This document shows, one piece after another, positions 1 through 12,684 of a stretch of DNA of 64,000 nt. The notes beneath the pieces are model-generated. The model saw only the letters and a program-made list of their open reading frames with translations. It was not told the origin of the DNA and searched no databases. Made by a program: the position numbers and the translations under genes. The stretch lies in the NCBI RefSeq assembly GCF_009834535.1, contig NC_045711.1:43462001-43526000 (forward strand), written 5' to 3'. Numbering within the stretch: position 1 is the stretch's first letter; every line of letters begins with the position of its first letter. Source of the stretch: Camelus ferus. Taxonomy: Eukaryota.

Positions 1-904
1 CCCTGTGCAAGGCATCGCAGTAAGGGAACGGCTTCCATGTCTCGCACATCAGCCTCGTGTGACGTAATGGGCCAAGGAGAGAGGATGGAAAGTGGAGGAC
101 AATCGAGTTACGCCACGGAAAGAAGAAAATTGGAGTAAAGTGCAAAAAAGAAAAATCTACAGATCAGACTTACAAATTGCTTTGTTCCATTTAACCCTCA
201 CACCTGCCCTCTGAAATGGAAATGCTTCTCGTTCCACTTTGAGGGATGAGGCCAGAGAGATGAAGGCCCCTGTTTAAGATGCCCCAGCCAGGAAGGGCAG
301 AGCGGGGCGTCGGTCCCAGGCCAGTGGGTCGCCGAAGCACACACCAGGTCGCCTCCCATCCTGCAACGGAAGGGCCCTCTTTCACCAGGTCCTCCCCAGC
401 ACTCAGGGTCCCGGGGGCATCTTTCTAATAATCTCCGCTGGGGCCCTGTGAACCCACCTCCTGCCGGGTCTTCACGGTGGGACCTGACGTCCTTCTCTCT
501 TAGAAAGGCAACGTCTTTGTTGCTCAGAGGCAGGAAAGAGCTTTGGGAGTTGGTGACATATTAGTGGGCCGGGATGTTTAGAAAGAATGACTTGGAACCC
601 ATTCAGGTGGTACCTGGGGGAGAATGGCTGTCTCTGATAACTGCCCTTAGCTCCGGTACGTAGGACATGTGGATTCTGACCCTGCTTGCCGGGGGTGAGA
701 CCCTGGACCCCTGAGAGGCCTGATACTTACTCAGCAGATGTTGGTAAGGCTTTGGGGACACTCAGCCTGATGCTGGGCTTGGGCTGGAGGGTGAAGGCTG
801 TCCTCGTGGCGAGACGGGACACATACATATTGAAGATTTTAGGGTAAAACTCAGTGCCACTGAACCAGGATCAGAAAAGGAGAAACTTGTCAGGGCCTCT
901 TTTT

Positions 905-992
905 CTATCACATCCAATCCTCTCATATTATAGGTGAACAATTGAACATCCAGAGAGGGAAAGTGACTCTCCCAAGGTCACACAGCAATGTT
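905..992 (-). mobile_element. MIR SINE fragment
   Basis: cagagagggaaagtgactctcccaaggtcacacagc matches the reverse complement of the MIR core. Confidence 0.75.
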
Positions 993-1091
993 AATCAGCT
1001 TTTAGTTCAGGATGAAGTAAATCAGGACAGGCTTTTGGAGGTGGTGAGCTGCCTGTTCATCAGGAAACCATGACTTAGAGTGTGGATGCTC

Positions 1092-1890
1092 AACCATTCA
1101 TTCAACAAATATTGGCTGGGTGTTTCATTTGCGGGCAGGGCAGGTCCTCTGTTGGCATCAGGAATATACAGATGAGGGCTATGGATGATGCCCTCAAGGT
1201 GCCCCCAGTATAGTGGGGGGACAGGGATGCAAGGAAATGGGAGAGCACAGAGTAGTAAGTCATCCCCTGGCAACAGGTGGAAGTGTGGGGACTTGGGGAA
1301 GTAAACCTGGGGTTGCAAAATGATGGACGAGTTTCCAAGCAGACCCAGAGGAAGGGTGTGATAGTGGGTGGGCAAAAGCCCAGAATCTTCATTGAGTAAG
1401 CACGGCTCTTTGGGGGAGCAGCAAGCCATTTATGACGGTTGCCTCATGGGCAAGGATTAAAAGATGGGGGGCCTGCTGTTAAGGAAGGATTGATTAGAAT
1501 CTAGGAGTCAAGAGAACTCGCATGTGTGAATAGCTCTAACACGCAGCAGAAAGTGCCAAAAACCACAGACAAAGCTGACTCAGAGGCAAAGACCGCACCT
1601 CCAGCTGTGGGCGTCTGAGGTGGTTTCCTGGAGGAGTTGGCATTTGAGGTGAGCACGAATAGAAGTGTTGAATTTGTAGTACATGAAGACCTAGAGGAGA
1701 TGGAATTCTGAGAAGTGGAAATAGAGCAGACAAAAGTACAGAGCCAGGAACCTGCAGCGAGTGGCCCCATTTGACAGAGCATCGCGTGAAGTATGAACCA
1801 GGATCACAGGAGATCCCGAACTTTGGCTTCATGAAACAGTACTTTGCTCTTTAGACAGCAGGGAGCCATGGAGGGTGCTTGAGTGAGGGT
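1092..1890 (-). mobile_element. Degenerate L2 LINE fragments
   Basis: cattcattcaacaaatatt (antisense L2 3' tail) at ~1095; ttcctggaggagttggcatttgagg and cagggagccatggaggg downstream are typical antisense L2. Confidence 0.5.
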
Positions 1891-2409
1891 GGGGTAGGCT
1901 CAGGGATGGCTGTGAAGTCTGACTTTTTGAATGCCTTCGTTGTCTCAAATACGTGGGAACTCCCATTCGGGCAGGGAGGGGCAAAAAACACAAAGAAGCT
2001 TAAAAAGAAGAGAAGTGAACCCTTGGAGCCAATGGGTAGCAAGGCAGAGGATGGTGGCGGCGGGGGGTGGTGGTGAGGGCGCTGGGACAAGGCCAGTTAT
2101 ACCTTCAAAGCCACTTCTAGCCCTGGCTGTTGGGAGTCACTTTTTAATGCTTCATCAAGAGGCTATTTCTGAGAACCCGGGGAGGATGAATCAGATGTGC
2201 TTGCAGCATGGGGTGCCCATGCAAGACCCGGCCTCTGACCTGTGGGGGCAGCACGGAGAGACGGTCAAGCAAAGGCCGTTGTCCACTCAGACAACCCGGA
2301 GATCACAAGGGCGGAGTCAAGCCTGGTGAGACAGATCCCTCTGTGGGTAGCTGTGGCTTCTGGGTGCTTGGACTAGGGAGAGGGAAGGGTGACCAAGAGG
2401 ATGCAGGCC

Positions 2410-2494
2410 TAGGGTGACCAACCTTTCCAATTTTAGCATCAAAAGTCCCATGTCCCACGAGACCCCCTCAGCCTCAGGCAAACTAGCTGGTCAT
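2410..2494. mobile_element. hAT-Blackjack MITE, MER81-like, internally deleted
   Basis: tagggtgaccaacc terminus, ttttagcatcaaaagtcccatgtccc and cctcagcctcaggcaaac resemble MER81. Confidence 0.6.
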
Positions 2495-4026
2495 GCAGGC
2501 GGCAGCCCCTAGACGCTTCAGAAAGTAAGTGATTGTAAATTTGAGCCATTGCAGCCCAGCCCCAAGTCTTAAGATGCTGAATTTATTGGCATTAAGTTAT
2601 TCATCATTTCCTCTCATTACCCTTCTTCTATGGACAGAATCGGTACTGATGTCACTTCCCTCTTTCCTAATATTGATAACTTAGGTTTTTCCCTCCCCCC
2701 ACCCCCGATCACTCTGGCTAGAGATTTATCAATTATATTAATTTTCTCAAAAAAAAATCTTCTGGCTTCATTGTTTTTCTCTGATTTCACTTCTGGTCTT
2801 ATTTTTTTCCTTTATTGTGCCTACTTTTGGTATAATTTGCTCCTCTTTTTTCTTAATGTGGAAGCTGAGGTCATCAATTGGAGACTTTTTTTTTCTAATA
2901 TGGGTGTTTAAGTCTATAAGCTTCCCTTTTTAGTACTGCTCCAGTGGCATCCACAAACTTTTGTACGATAGACTTCCATTTTTCTTCAGCTCAAAATACT
3001 TTCTAATTTCCCTTTTGGTTTCTTCTTTCACTCATGAATTATTTAGAACTGTGTTATTTAGCTTCTAAATATTTGGGGATTTTCCAGGTATCTTTCTGTT
3101 ATTGATTTCCGATTTAATTCCATTATAAGCAGAGAACATACTTTATTTGAGAGGAACCCTTTTAACTTTATTGAAATTTGTTTTATGGCCCAGAATATTG
3201 TGTATCTTGGCAAATGTTCTGTGTGGACTTGAAAAGAATGGGTATTTTGCCATTGTCGCAGGGGGTGCTGTACAAATGTCCATGAGGTCAATGGTTGAAA
3301 GTGTTGTTCAAATATTTTATATCCATTCTGGTTTTCTGTCTGCTTGTCCTATCAATTATTGAGAGAGGGGATTTTGAAATTTTCTGTTCTAATTGTGGAT
3401 TTGTCTACTTTTTTTTGTTGCAGTTTTTGCTTTATGTCTTTTTGAAGCTTTGCATAAATGTTTAGGTTTATTATGTCTTCTTGATGAATTGGCCCTTCCA
3501 TCATTATCACATGACGTTCTTTATCCCTGGTGATATCATTGGCTCTGAAATCTACTTTGTCTGATATTAGCATAGCCAGTCCAGCTTTTGTTTAGTGCAA
3601 GCATGTTTCCATTCTTTTCTTTTAACTATTTGCATTCTTATATTTAAAATACATTTTTTTTCGGTAACCAGAATATAGTCGGGACTTTTTTTTTTTTTAA
3701 TTCAGTTTGACAATCTGTCTTTTAATTGTGCTGCTTAAACCATTTTCATTTGGTGTGATTACTGATGTGTTAGATTTCAGTCTGTTGTCTTGCCATATGT
3801 GTTCTATGGGTCCCATTTGTTCTCCATTCCCCTTTCCCTCATTTTTGCTGTTAGACTAGTTGAGTATTTTTTTGTGATTTTATTTATATTCTTTGTTGGA
3901 TTTTTAGCTATAATCTTGGTTTGATATTTTAGCAGTTGCTGTAGGGTTTATAGTGTACCCCTTTAACTTATCACTGTTTACCTTCAAGTCATATTAGAAT
4001 ACTCCATGTATCATATAACATTGTTT

Positions 4027-4557
4027 AAAAAATCTTTTTTAAAATTAAAGTATAGTCAATTACAACATGTCAGTTTCTGGTGTACAGCACAATGTCCCAA
4101 TCATGCATATCCATACATATATTTGTTTTCAATTTTTTTTCATTAAATGTATTTATTAGATATTGAATATAGTTCCCTGTGCTATACAGAAGAAACTTTT
4201 AAAAAATCTATTTTTACATATATTGGCTAACATTTGTAAACCTCAGCCTCCCAAATTTGTCCCTTCTCATCCCCTTTCTTGGGTAACCATAAGATTGTTT
4301 ACTATGTCTGTGAGTTTGTTTCTGTTTTGTAGATGAGTTTAGTGTCTTTTTTTTTTTTTGGTTCCACATATGAGTGATACCACATAGTATTTTTCTTTCT
4401 CTTTCTAGCTTACTTCACTAAGAATGATGATCTCTAGGTCTATCCATGTTGCTGCAAATGGCATTATTTTATTCTTTTTTATGGCAGATTAGTATTCCAT
4501 TGTATAAATATACCACAACTTCTTTATCCAGTTGTCTGTCAATGACATTTAGGTTGC
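4027..4557 (-). mobile_element. Younger camelid/artiodactyl L1 3' end nested in the old L1
   Basis: T-run then aaattaaagtatagtcaattacaacatgtcagtttctggtgtacagc; flanked by a 16/18 matching TSD tatcatataacattgttt (4009-4026) / tatcatataaaaatgttt (4558-4575). Confidence 0.85.
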
Positions 4558-4832
4558 TATCATATAAAAATGTTTTAATAGTAGTCTTCCATTTCTCCTC
4601 TCTTGGCTTTTATGATATTACTGGCATTCATTTTACTTATACATATGTTACAAACTTCACAATACATTCTTATTATTTAAGCAGTCAGTTATCTTTTAAA
4701 TACCTTGAAATAATAAGAAAAATATCTTATGTATTTACCAATGTAGTTACCATTCTGCTCATTTCTGTTTGTTCCTTTTACATGAATCTATATTTTCATT
4801 TGGCATCATTTTCCTTTGGCCTAAAGAACTTT

Positions 4833-4933
4833 TTTTTTTTAATTGAAGTATAGTCAGTTATGATGTGTCAATTTCTGGTGTAGAGCATAATGTCCCAGGC
4901 ATGCATATATGTACATATATTTGTTTTCATATT
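4833..4933 (-). mobile_element. Extremely 5'-truncated (~100 bp) camelid L1 3' tail
   Basis: Poly-T plus aattgaagtatagtcagttatgatgtgtcaatttctggtg; perfect 12-bp TSD ctaaagaacttt at 4821-4832 and 4934-4945. Confidence 0.9.
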
Positions 4934-6804
4934 CTAAAGAACTTTCTTAAATATCTCCTGGAACACAGGTCTGCTGGTGATAGATCTGCTAGAGTAAAGA
5001 TCTGATGGATCTTCAGCTTTTATACGTCTGAAAAAGCCTTTACTTTTGGAAGATATTTTCACTGGGTATATGATTCTAGATTGACAATTTTTTCTTCTTT
5101 CAGTAACTTGAAAGATACTGCTTCATGGTCCTCTCACTTGCATTGTTTTTGATGAAAAATCTGCTGTCACCCTTTCCTTTGCTTCTTTGTATGTAATGAA
5201 TTATTTTTTTCTCTGGTTGCTTTTAAGATTTTTCTCTTATCGCCAATTGGGGACAATTTTGGTGTAGTTTTCTCCATGTTTCTTGAGATTGGGGTTTGTT
5301 GAGCTTTTCAGATCTGTGGATTTACAGTTTTCATCAAATTTGGAAAGGATTTGGCCATCATTTCCTCAAATATTTTTTTCTCCCCCTCCTCTTTCTTAAA
5401 AAAAAACAAAACAAAACAAACAAAAAACATGTTAGGCCACTGGACATGGTCCCATGGTTTACTGATGCACTTCATTTCAAAAATTCTTTGTTTTCCCTCT
5501 GTTTCGCTACTATTTATTCAGGTTAACTAATCTTTTCCTCGAGTAATATTGCAATATTACTTGAACTAACTTGCTGTTAATCCCCTCCAGCGTATCTTTC
5601 ATCTCAGACATTACAGTTTTTATCTCTAGAAGCTCAATTTGGGCCTTTTAAAAACCATATTCCATGTCTGTACTTTGAACATCCGGGATTTAGCTATAAC
5701 TGTTTCAATGGCCTTGTTGGCTATTTCTCACAAATGTTAGTTCTTGGTTGGTTTCGGTGGACTGATCAGTCTCCTCAGTATAAGTCATATTTTCTTGCTT
5801 CTTTGTATGTCTGGTAATATTTGACTGGATGCCAGACATTGTGCATTTTACCACGCTGGGTGTCAGATGTCTTGGCATTCCTGTAAATTTTCTCGAGATT
5901 TGTTCTGGGACACATGTAAGTTACTTGGAAATAGTTTGGACCTTCTGGGTTTTGCGAGGTGGAAGCAGAGCAGTTTTTAGTCTCGGGCTAATTATTCCCC
6001 ACAACTGACGCAAGACCCCTGTGGATACCTTTCCCAGTGTCCCAGGAATTATGAGGGCTTCCAGGTGGGCAGGTAGAAACAGGCACTATTCCCATCTCCG
6101 TGTGAGTGCCGGGCACTGCTCCCTCTAATCCTCCTGGATCATTTTTTCCCTGGCCTTGGGTAGTTTTCTCACATGTGTTCCCCATTCAAGAGCCTGAATT
6201 CTGAAGGGGGACCCTCTATAGATTGTTGGTGTTCTCTCTCTGTGTTTGGTCCCCTCTTCTTTGCTATTCTGTCCCATGAACTCTAGCTGCCTCGGTCTTC
6301 CTGGACCCTCAGCAACATGTCCTCAGCTCAGGACACCATGGGGCTCTGCCTGGGTCCCCCTGCATGCAGCGTGGCCTGGAAACTCACTGAAGGATGTAAG
6401 TGGGGCCGTCATAGGGCTTGGCTTCTTTGTTTCCCATCTCTCTGGGATCACCGTTCTTTGTTGTCTAACATTCAGAACTCTTGAAAATTGTTGTTTCATA
6501 TATTTAATCTTTTTTGGGGGGGTTGTTTTAGGGGTGAGGGTAAACCCACTTTGTTACTACATCTTGGCTGGATGCAGGCCTCAGACTCTCTGCTACCGCC
6601 ACCAGTCTAAGCCATCTCAACCCCAGGCTTACTTTAATATCAAGGGTTAAATACTTTTGCCAAGTAAAAAGCAGAGTTGAATCAAGTGTGCCCAACTCCA
6701 CACCATGTCATCACCTTTCCCTGCAGAGAAGAGTGATGCAGCGCCTTTACAATTGAAGCAGTCACATAGTTATCATCAAATCTGATTCTCTCAAGAGCCA
6801 AGTG

Positions 6805-6925
6805 AGATAAATAGGCATTATTAGCCCATTTGACAGGTAAAGAGTCTAAGGCCCAAAGAGGTAGAGTGATCTGCCCACGGCTACCTCGAGAGTGGATGGC
6901 AGAGCCAGGATCATCACCAGGGCCT
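6805..6925 (-). mobile_element. MIR
   Basis: cccatttgacaggtaaagagtctaaggcccaaagaggtagagtgatctgccca, antisense MIR core. Confidence 0.7.
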
Positions 6926-7526
6926 CCGTCCTCTACTCCAGAGCTGCGTTTGTTGCTTCCTGTCTCCCTGCCAGGTAGCAGGCAGGGAGCTCAGCCTTCG
7001 TTCTTGCTCTGTAATGACACATGCATCTCCCTGCTGGGAAGAGGATGAATAAACCAGTCTGCTGCTAGAAAACACGTGGGAAAGCAGGAGAGCAGTGCCC
7101 ACAACGAATGTAGTTCCAGGCAGTCCCCTCGGGTTGCCTAGATGCATGGCGTGTACGGTACAGTCTTGTGTTTTTGACTGTTGCCATGGTGTGTGGACAA
7201 AATGGGAGTGTGTTTCCTTAGAAAATTTCAACAGTGACTCATCCTCATTTCTACCAGGACCAACTGAAGAAACGGGTAAGCCTAGGGGACTAGCCATAAT
7301 AATGGCAATGTTTGCTACCCATCAGGAAGAGGGTTGCTCTCGTCAAGTGGCTTCTTAAAAGCTTGTAAAATACAGCAACATCGATCACATTCGAAGAGAA
7401 GTTGGCATCAGGAAGAGACGTGGAGCTCTGAAATGGATTCTTCTTAACGGAGAATCTCATTTCCTCTTGGTTACCAGGAATTCTGTCCACATCGGGGGTC
7501 AAAAGTCTGGCTTCTTTTATGAGCTC

Positions 7527-7705
7527 AGGGCAGCGTGGGGGGAAAGAGCATAGACTTTGGAAGCTGAAAGGTCTGGGCTCGAACTGCATCTCTCTCCACT
7601 ACTAAGCCTCAGTCTCCCCATTTGTAAGATGGGCACAGGGAAGCCTGTCTTGCAAGGTGGTCGTGATGAGGCAGCTTGGATAAAGTAGCTGGTGCATGGT
7701 GCTCA
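7527..7705 (+). mobile_element. MIR
   Basis: agagcatagactttggaagctg...gcctcagtctccccatttgtaagatggg. Confidence 0.7.
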
Positions 7706-8049
7706 TCCATTACCACCGTTACACCCGTGGTCCTGAGACTCTAAGAACAGCATGAATAATGGCGTCCATATGGCATCTCCATTCAGTGGGCTGTGACGGA
7801 ACACAACCACCGATGTTAGAGAGATCTCATGACAGGAGGAAAAGCTTATGGGAAATGAGGTTGTAGGAAAAAAGGAGAAAACAAAATGAAAGCCCAGTGA
7901 ACAAAATGGACTAGACAGGATTGTCGGAACTTGCCCCACCACCCAAAGCCCTACTGACAGGGCCTGGCCACCATCGGCTTTGGGCAAGTGGAAGTTATGA
8001 GGAGGCAAAACCATGTGTAAACGTGTAGGCAGTGTTAGGAAGTCTTCCA

Positions 8050-8220
8050 GCAGAGAAGGAGAGGACAGAGAGATGGGAGGACATCATGTGTGGCCTCTGA
8101 AAGGAGAGAGAGGGAAAGAATGACAGGGAGGAAGGGAGGAAGGGGGAGAGAGAGAAAGGACAAGACAGAGCAAGAGAGAGACACAGCCACGTATGCAGGA
8201 AGAAGAGAGAGCAGCTCCTC
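8050..8220. repeat. GA-rich polypurine low-complexity tract
   Basis: Almost pure A/G (gaaaggagagagagggaaag...ggaagggaggaagggggagagagagaaagg). Confidence 0.75.
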
Positions 8221-8821
8221 GGTGCTGGGATTCCGATGCCGAGGCTGAGCGTCTCTGCTCACTGCAAGCCCTTTGCAGCCTTCGGTGACCATAGCCCTTT
8301 CCCTGAGTTACCCTCTGAGGACACCTACTCCTCACACCCCAGGAGCCCTAACTGAGGCAGAAACAAACAAAAGTATACAGAGAGAAAACTGCACGGAGAG
8401 ATACCAAAAGCATCACCCTTCCTTCCTCTAAGTGGGGGTTCTCTGGGTTATTTCCCCCTGTTTATCTGGTTTCCCCCCAAATCTACACTAAGCAGATCCT
8501 CAGACCTTGCTGGCCGACAGGACCCCTGGCAGCGGCTGTTGACTCTTTTTCGTGTCTACACTGGCCCTGCCCATCTCCGTCCTTTTTGGAGGCGCTGTGC
8601 CTGTGCTGAATTCACGTCTGTGCGGCCCCTTCCCTTTTCCCCAGGCCTTTTAGTGATTTCCATGTCCTGAGCTGATCTTCCTCTCCCTCCACCTGGGGCT
8701 TCTCACAACACCCGCCCAGAGGGAAGTCTCGTTCCATGTCTGAGTTCCTCTCTCTGAGCTCCTCAGAGCCTGTCCTGTTCTCCTGCAAGAAGACAAGCAG
8801 AACAGCCCAGGGTAATGGAAG

Positions 8822-8960
8822 ACAGTATTTCCAAGTGGTTAGAGTTCTAGGCTTTGGTGTCAAGTTGATGCCAGTTTCAGGTTGTACCACTTCCTGGCTG
8901 TGTGTCTTTGGCAAGTTTCTTAACGTCTCTGTGCTTCAGTTTTATTTTCTGTAAAATGGT
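8822..8960 (+). mobile_element. MIR
   Basis: ctgtgtgtctttggcaagtttcttaacgtctctgtgcttcagttttattttctgtaaaatgg. Confidence 0.85.
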
Positions 8961-10129
8961 TTCCAATCATTTCTTCCTTATTAGATTTGAGAAGCGCATC
9001 TGAGATAATGGGTATGCTGCACGAAGAAAGGTTCTGGACTCTGTAAATAGCAGTTCCGACTCCTCAGAAGTGTTTTCTGGACTGGGATGTCTGCTATGCG
9101 TCTGTGTCTCCCCTGAGAGGCCGGGAGGCCCCGCTTGCCTCTTCCTCACTGAGCTTCTGAGCGTGGCTAAGCTCAGGTTCCTCTGCGCCATCTGCCATCA
9201 CCCAGCACCAGCGCGCTCCCCGTCATCCTTTGCCATTTAGGTCACAGAAGCAGTTGTGCCAGTGGCGGCTCTGGGGCTTGACCTCAAGAGCAGCCTGGCC
9301 GCCCTGGCTGGGGCGCCTCCGACCCTGGCTGGGTCTGCTCCTGCTGCTGGCTCCCTTCAGGCCTTTTCCTGGACATTTAGGGGGAAGCTGAGTTCAGCTC
9401 AAGTCAATTCAGTACACACTGATGGAGCCCTTACCCTGTACCGAGCACGGGGGGCATGTGCGGGAATCAGCCTCAGTCCCAGAGGCAGACATGTGACAAG
9501 GGAAAGACCCGGAAGGGCGGTACCTGCTGTCTTTACGGCAGGGCCGGGAGGCGGCGTCAAGCTCAGAGTGGGGACCGAAGCTGAGAGCGGGGACATCCCT
9601 GTGCTGCAGCGTTGAGGGAAGAGGAAAGCACAGTTTTAGGAACTAGGGAATAATTAAGGAAAGCTGTCAACCTCATCCAACCTAATGGACCCAATCCAGT
9701 CTAATTCAATCTCATCCAACCCACTGGGCTAATGAAGCCCACCCCACACGGGCGGAGAACCAGCATGGCGCCAGGCACCGAGCTTCTCAGTGACCTTTGG
9801 GAATGGCGTATTCTGACCCCAGACCTGGGAGTCGGGTGGGGACCCCCCCCCCCCCCGCCGCTTTTTTTCCCCTCAAACTGACTTCAGAAACAGACAAAAA
9901 CTTTTACAAAAGCTGCTTTTCCTAGAAGGGAAACTTCAGAGCTGCAGACCTTCCCCGATGGCCTCTGCATGTGTGGGAGCAGAAGCAGGGTCTGGTGGGG
10001 GCTGTCTGCCGGGGACGGTAATCGCAGGACCAGCCTGGAGAGGAGGCTGTCCCTGCCTGGAGGGAGCAGGACCCCTCACTTCCAGCGTGTGAGCCTGTCT
10101 GTTAGCTGCAGGTCCAAACCATAAAACAT

Positions 10130-10800
10130 ACTTGTTCATAGCTGCATTATGTCTTTAAAAACCGCACAATTAATACATGAATATACAGCACATTTTTTGT
10201 TATAAATACTCCAAGGAATCCAGAAACAGTGGAAACTCTTGCATACTCAATTCTGTTCTTTTCCTCTGAGCAGCTGTCAGTATTTTTTAAATCCTTCAGA
10301 ATTTTCAATTCTCCACAATTTCTCTGTGTGCTATCATGCATACATGTGCATTTATAAATACATAGTTTAGTTTAGCATGGGGGTATTTTTTTCGATACAA
10401 ATGAGACCACGCTGTATGTATTGTTCTGACTTGTGTTTTTCACTTACCAGCGTGTCCGGGAAAAATCTCCCCCAGGGGCCTCCAGAACTTCTTACCCGTT
10501 TTAACTGTTGCAGGAGGCTGGGGGCCCGTGCACATGTATTTGCCCTCCTGAATGTAACCACCCTGCTACTGACGAACATTGGTTTCTAAATGTTTGCTCT
10601 TACAAACAGTGCTGCAGAAAGGATCTTCATCTGTGCTCCTTGGGGTACATGTGTAAGTATTTCTTTAGGGCAGATTCCAAGAAGGAAAATTGCTCTGTTG
10701 AAGAGGAGGTGTGCTTTTTAATTTTAACGGATGCTGCCAAGTACCCAGCCACCTCTCTAGGACAAAGGCTCCACCAGTTCACACACCCCTCAACATCTGT
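10130..10800 (-). mobile_element. Ancient L1ME-type 3' fragment
   Basis: ttacaaacagtgctgcag...gtacatgtgtaagtatttctttagggcagattcc matches the antisense L1ME 3' region. Confidence 0.7.
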
Positions 10801-12329
10801 CTCATCTGCCCCCTCCAGTGGGTGGGTGGCTTCTTCTCTGGGGCCTTACCCCTCTTCTGCTTGTCCCTCTTACAGTCTTCTTGCCTCTCCTAGAGGCCTT
10901 GGCCAAATGCCACCTCCCTGTCCTTTGCCACCTAATTTCATCAAAGGTTTCCTTTTAAGGACTGGGAGTGCTATCTTAAAACAGAAAGCAGATAAATCAA
11001 GGAGTGATGACTGTCATTTCAGAAGGAGTTTTTTTGGTTCTACAATGGGATGTGCTGCAGGATTTGGAGCAATTCATTAACTGAAATTGACTCACTCTGG
11101 AATTCATCCATTTACCCATCCATTCATTCACTCACAGCGTTAAGGTCGCTGCTAGTTGCTTCAGAGTCCTTGCCTTCAGACAGCACACTCTCCTCAATGG
11201 AGCGAGACGTGCAGAACACTTGGGTTAGTTACGTAAATTTATATTAATAGCCAGCTGGCTGTTGTTCAAATGCGTTAAATGCCAAAAGGAGAGCGATCTC
11301 AGTAGTTGAGAAACCAGAGACGCTTTAAGGATGGAGCTAACAGATTAGCACTAAGATTTACTAGCCCACAGCCAATGATTACGGGGGCTGTCCAGCCCGT
11401 TTATCACAGCATAAGTAAACACAGGGACTTCTCCATCCCTGGAAGGCAACAGCTGTTTTCAGCTGTGTGAAGGAGGAGGGGAGAAATAGGAAAGAGATAG
11501 GTCCCATTCCTCCTGCCCTTCCCAAGGGAGCGTGACCATCAGTAGGAATGCTCACATTCACTCATTCATTCTGGTTGATGTCTTTAAAAGATTTGTTTGT
11601 GACTATCTAACCTACCCAGTTGGCAAGAAGATTTCAGTCTGCATAAAGAGGTGTCCTCTACAGATTTTGGGTTTTTTTTGCCCCTTACGAAAAAAACCTT
11701 AGCCATCAGAAGCCAACATCACCCTGATCAGAGTTCAGATGCTGCTCTTGATTCAAAAGAGGACACGGTGCTGGGGAGCAGGGCCGAACCAAGAAATGTT
11801 CTGATTTACTGTCTCCTGAGTAAGAGACAGTAGGTGAGTCAACAGACAGCAGGCCTCCTTCCTCTGCTGGGTCTGAGGAGGAAACAGGCCACTGAGAGGT
11901 AAGCCGCTGGCTTCCAGCGTCAGAGCCCAGTGCAGAGAGGATGCAGGAGAAGCTAGTTCTGCTCTGATGGATGCTGGTTGGGGGGGGGGGGGTAATCCCA
12001 AAAGGTCTGGATTTTGGACTCAGACTGGGGCTGCCATGTCAGTTAGAACCATTTTTGGCTTATCCATTTTTCTCTGTGCACTCAGTAAAATGATTTTTTT
12101 TTTTTAAGTTCTTAGTTTTAAAGACTGTTGAATTCAGTTACATCGTCTCTGGAGGTTAGGCAGAGCTTAAATGGACTGTAAATTATTGAAGTTAGCCCTC
12201 AGAGATCATTCTGCAACATTCCACCTATCCATCCTTCCATCTAAGAATTATAAGACCTAAAATTTTCCCTTAAGAAGTTTACGATGTACTGGGGGCATAT
12301 TACACAGACACATACAGCTCTCAATCTGT

Positions 12330-12465
12330 GATTGATTGATTGTCTGCCTCTCCTGCTGGACTGTGAGCTCTGAGAAGAGCCAGGTCAGTCCCGTCCATCA
12401 CTGTATCCCTCATGCCCAACACAGCACCTGGTACCTACTGGATGCTCAGTAAATGACTAAGTCAG
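12330..12465 (+). mobile_element. L2 3' end
   Basis: tgtctgcctctcctgctggactgtgagctctgag...cacagcacctggtacct...gctcagtaaatg. Confidence 0.75.
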
Positions 12466-12684
12466 GAGGGAATGATCAAGGACTGGAGCAGGAAGGCTCA
12501 AGGCCTGTGCAGGGGTCAGTGTGGATCAGAGCAGGGCTGGAGAGTAGTGGGGTACAGCCACTGGGAAAGGTGATAGCTGGAGCCAGGAGGTAGAACCTGG
12601 CCTTTATTCTCTAGGTTGGGACAGGCATTAACGGGTATCAGGCAGGAGAGTGGGAGGATAAAGTAGGCTCTTTCTCTCTCTCTC

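Larger units (their letters stand above)
2625..6585 (-). mobile_element. Ancient L1 (L1MC/L1MD-type): 5' UTR, ORF1 region, spacer and ORF2 endonuclease remnant; 3' part missing
   Basis: ORF 3352-3573 (ISDKVDFRANDITRDKERHVIMMEGPIHQEDIINLNIYA) aligns by eye with the L1 ORF2p endonuclease; the 5' end near 6540-6580 (gggtaaacccactttgttactacatcttggc) resembles the reverse complement of old L1M 5' ends; many frameshifts and stops. Confidence 0.85.

Noticed and set aside
731-783. 53-nt minus-strand exon-like unit (ctccag|...GA|gtaagt)
   Set aside because: Single isolated site pair, not frame-preserving, within chance expectation
10508-11080. 190-aa ORF
   Set aside because: Mostly the antisense strand of an L1ME 3' fragment
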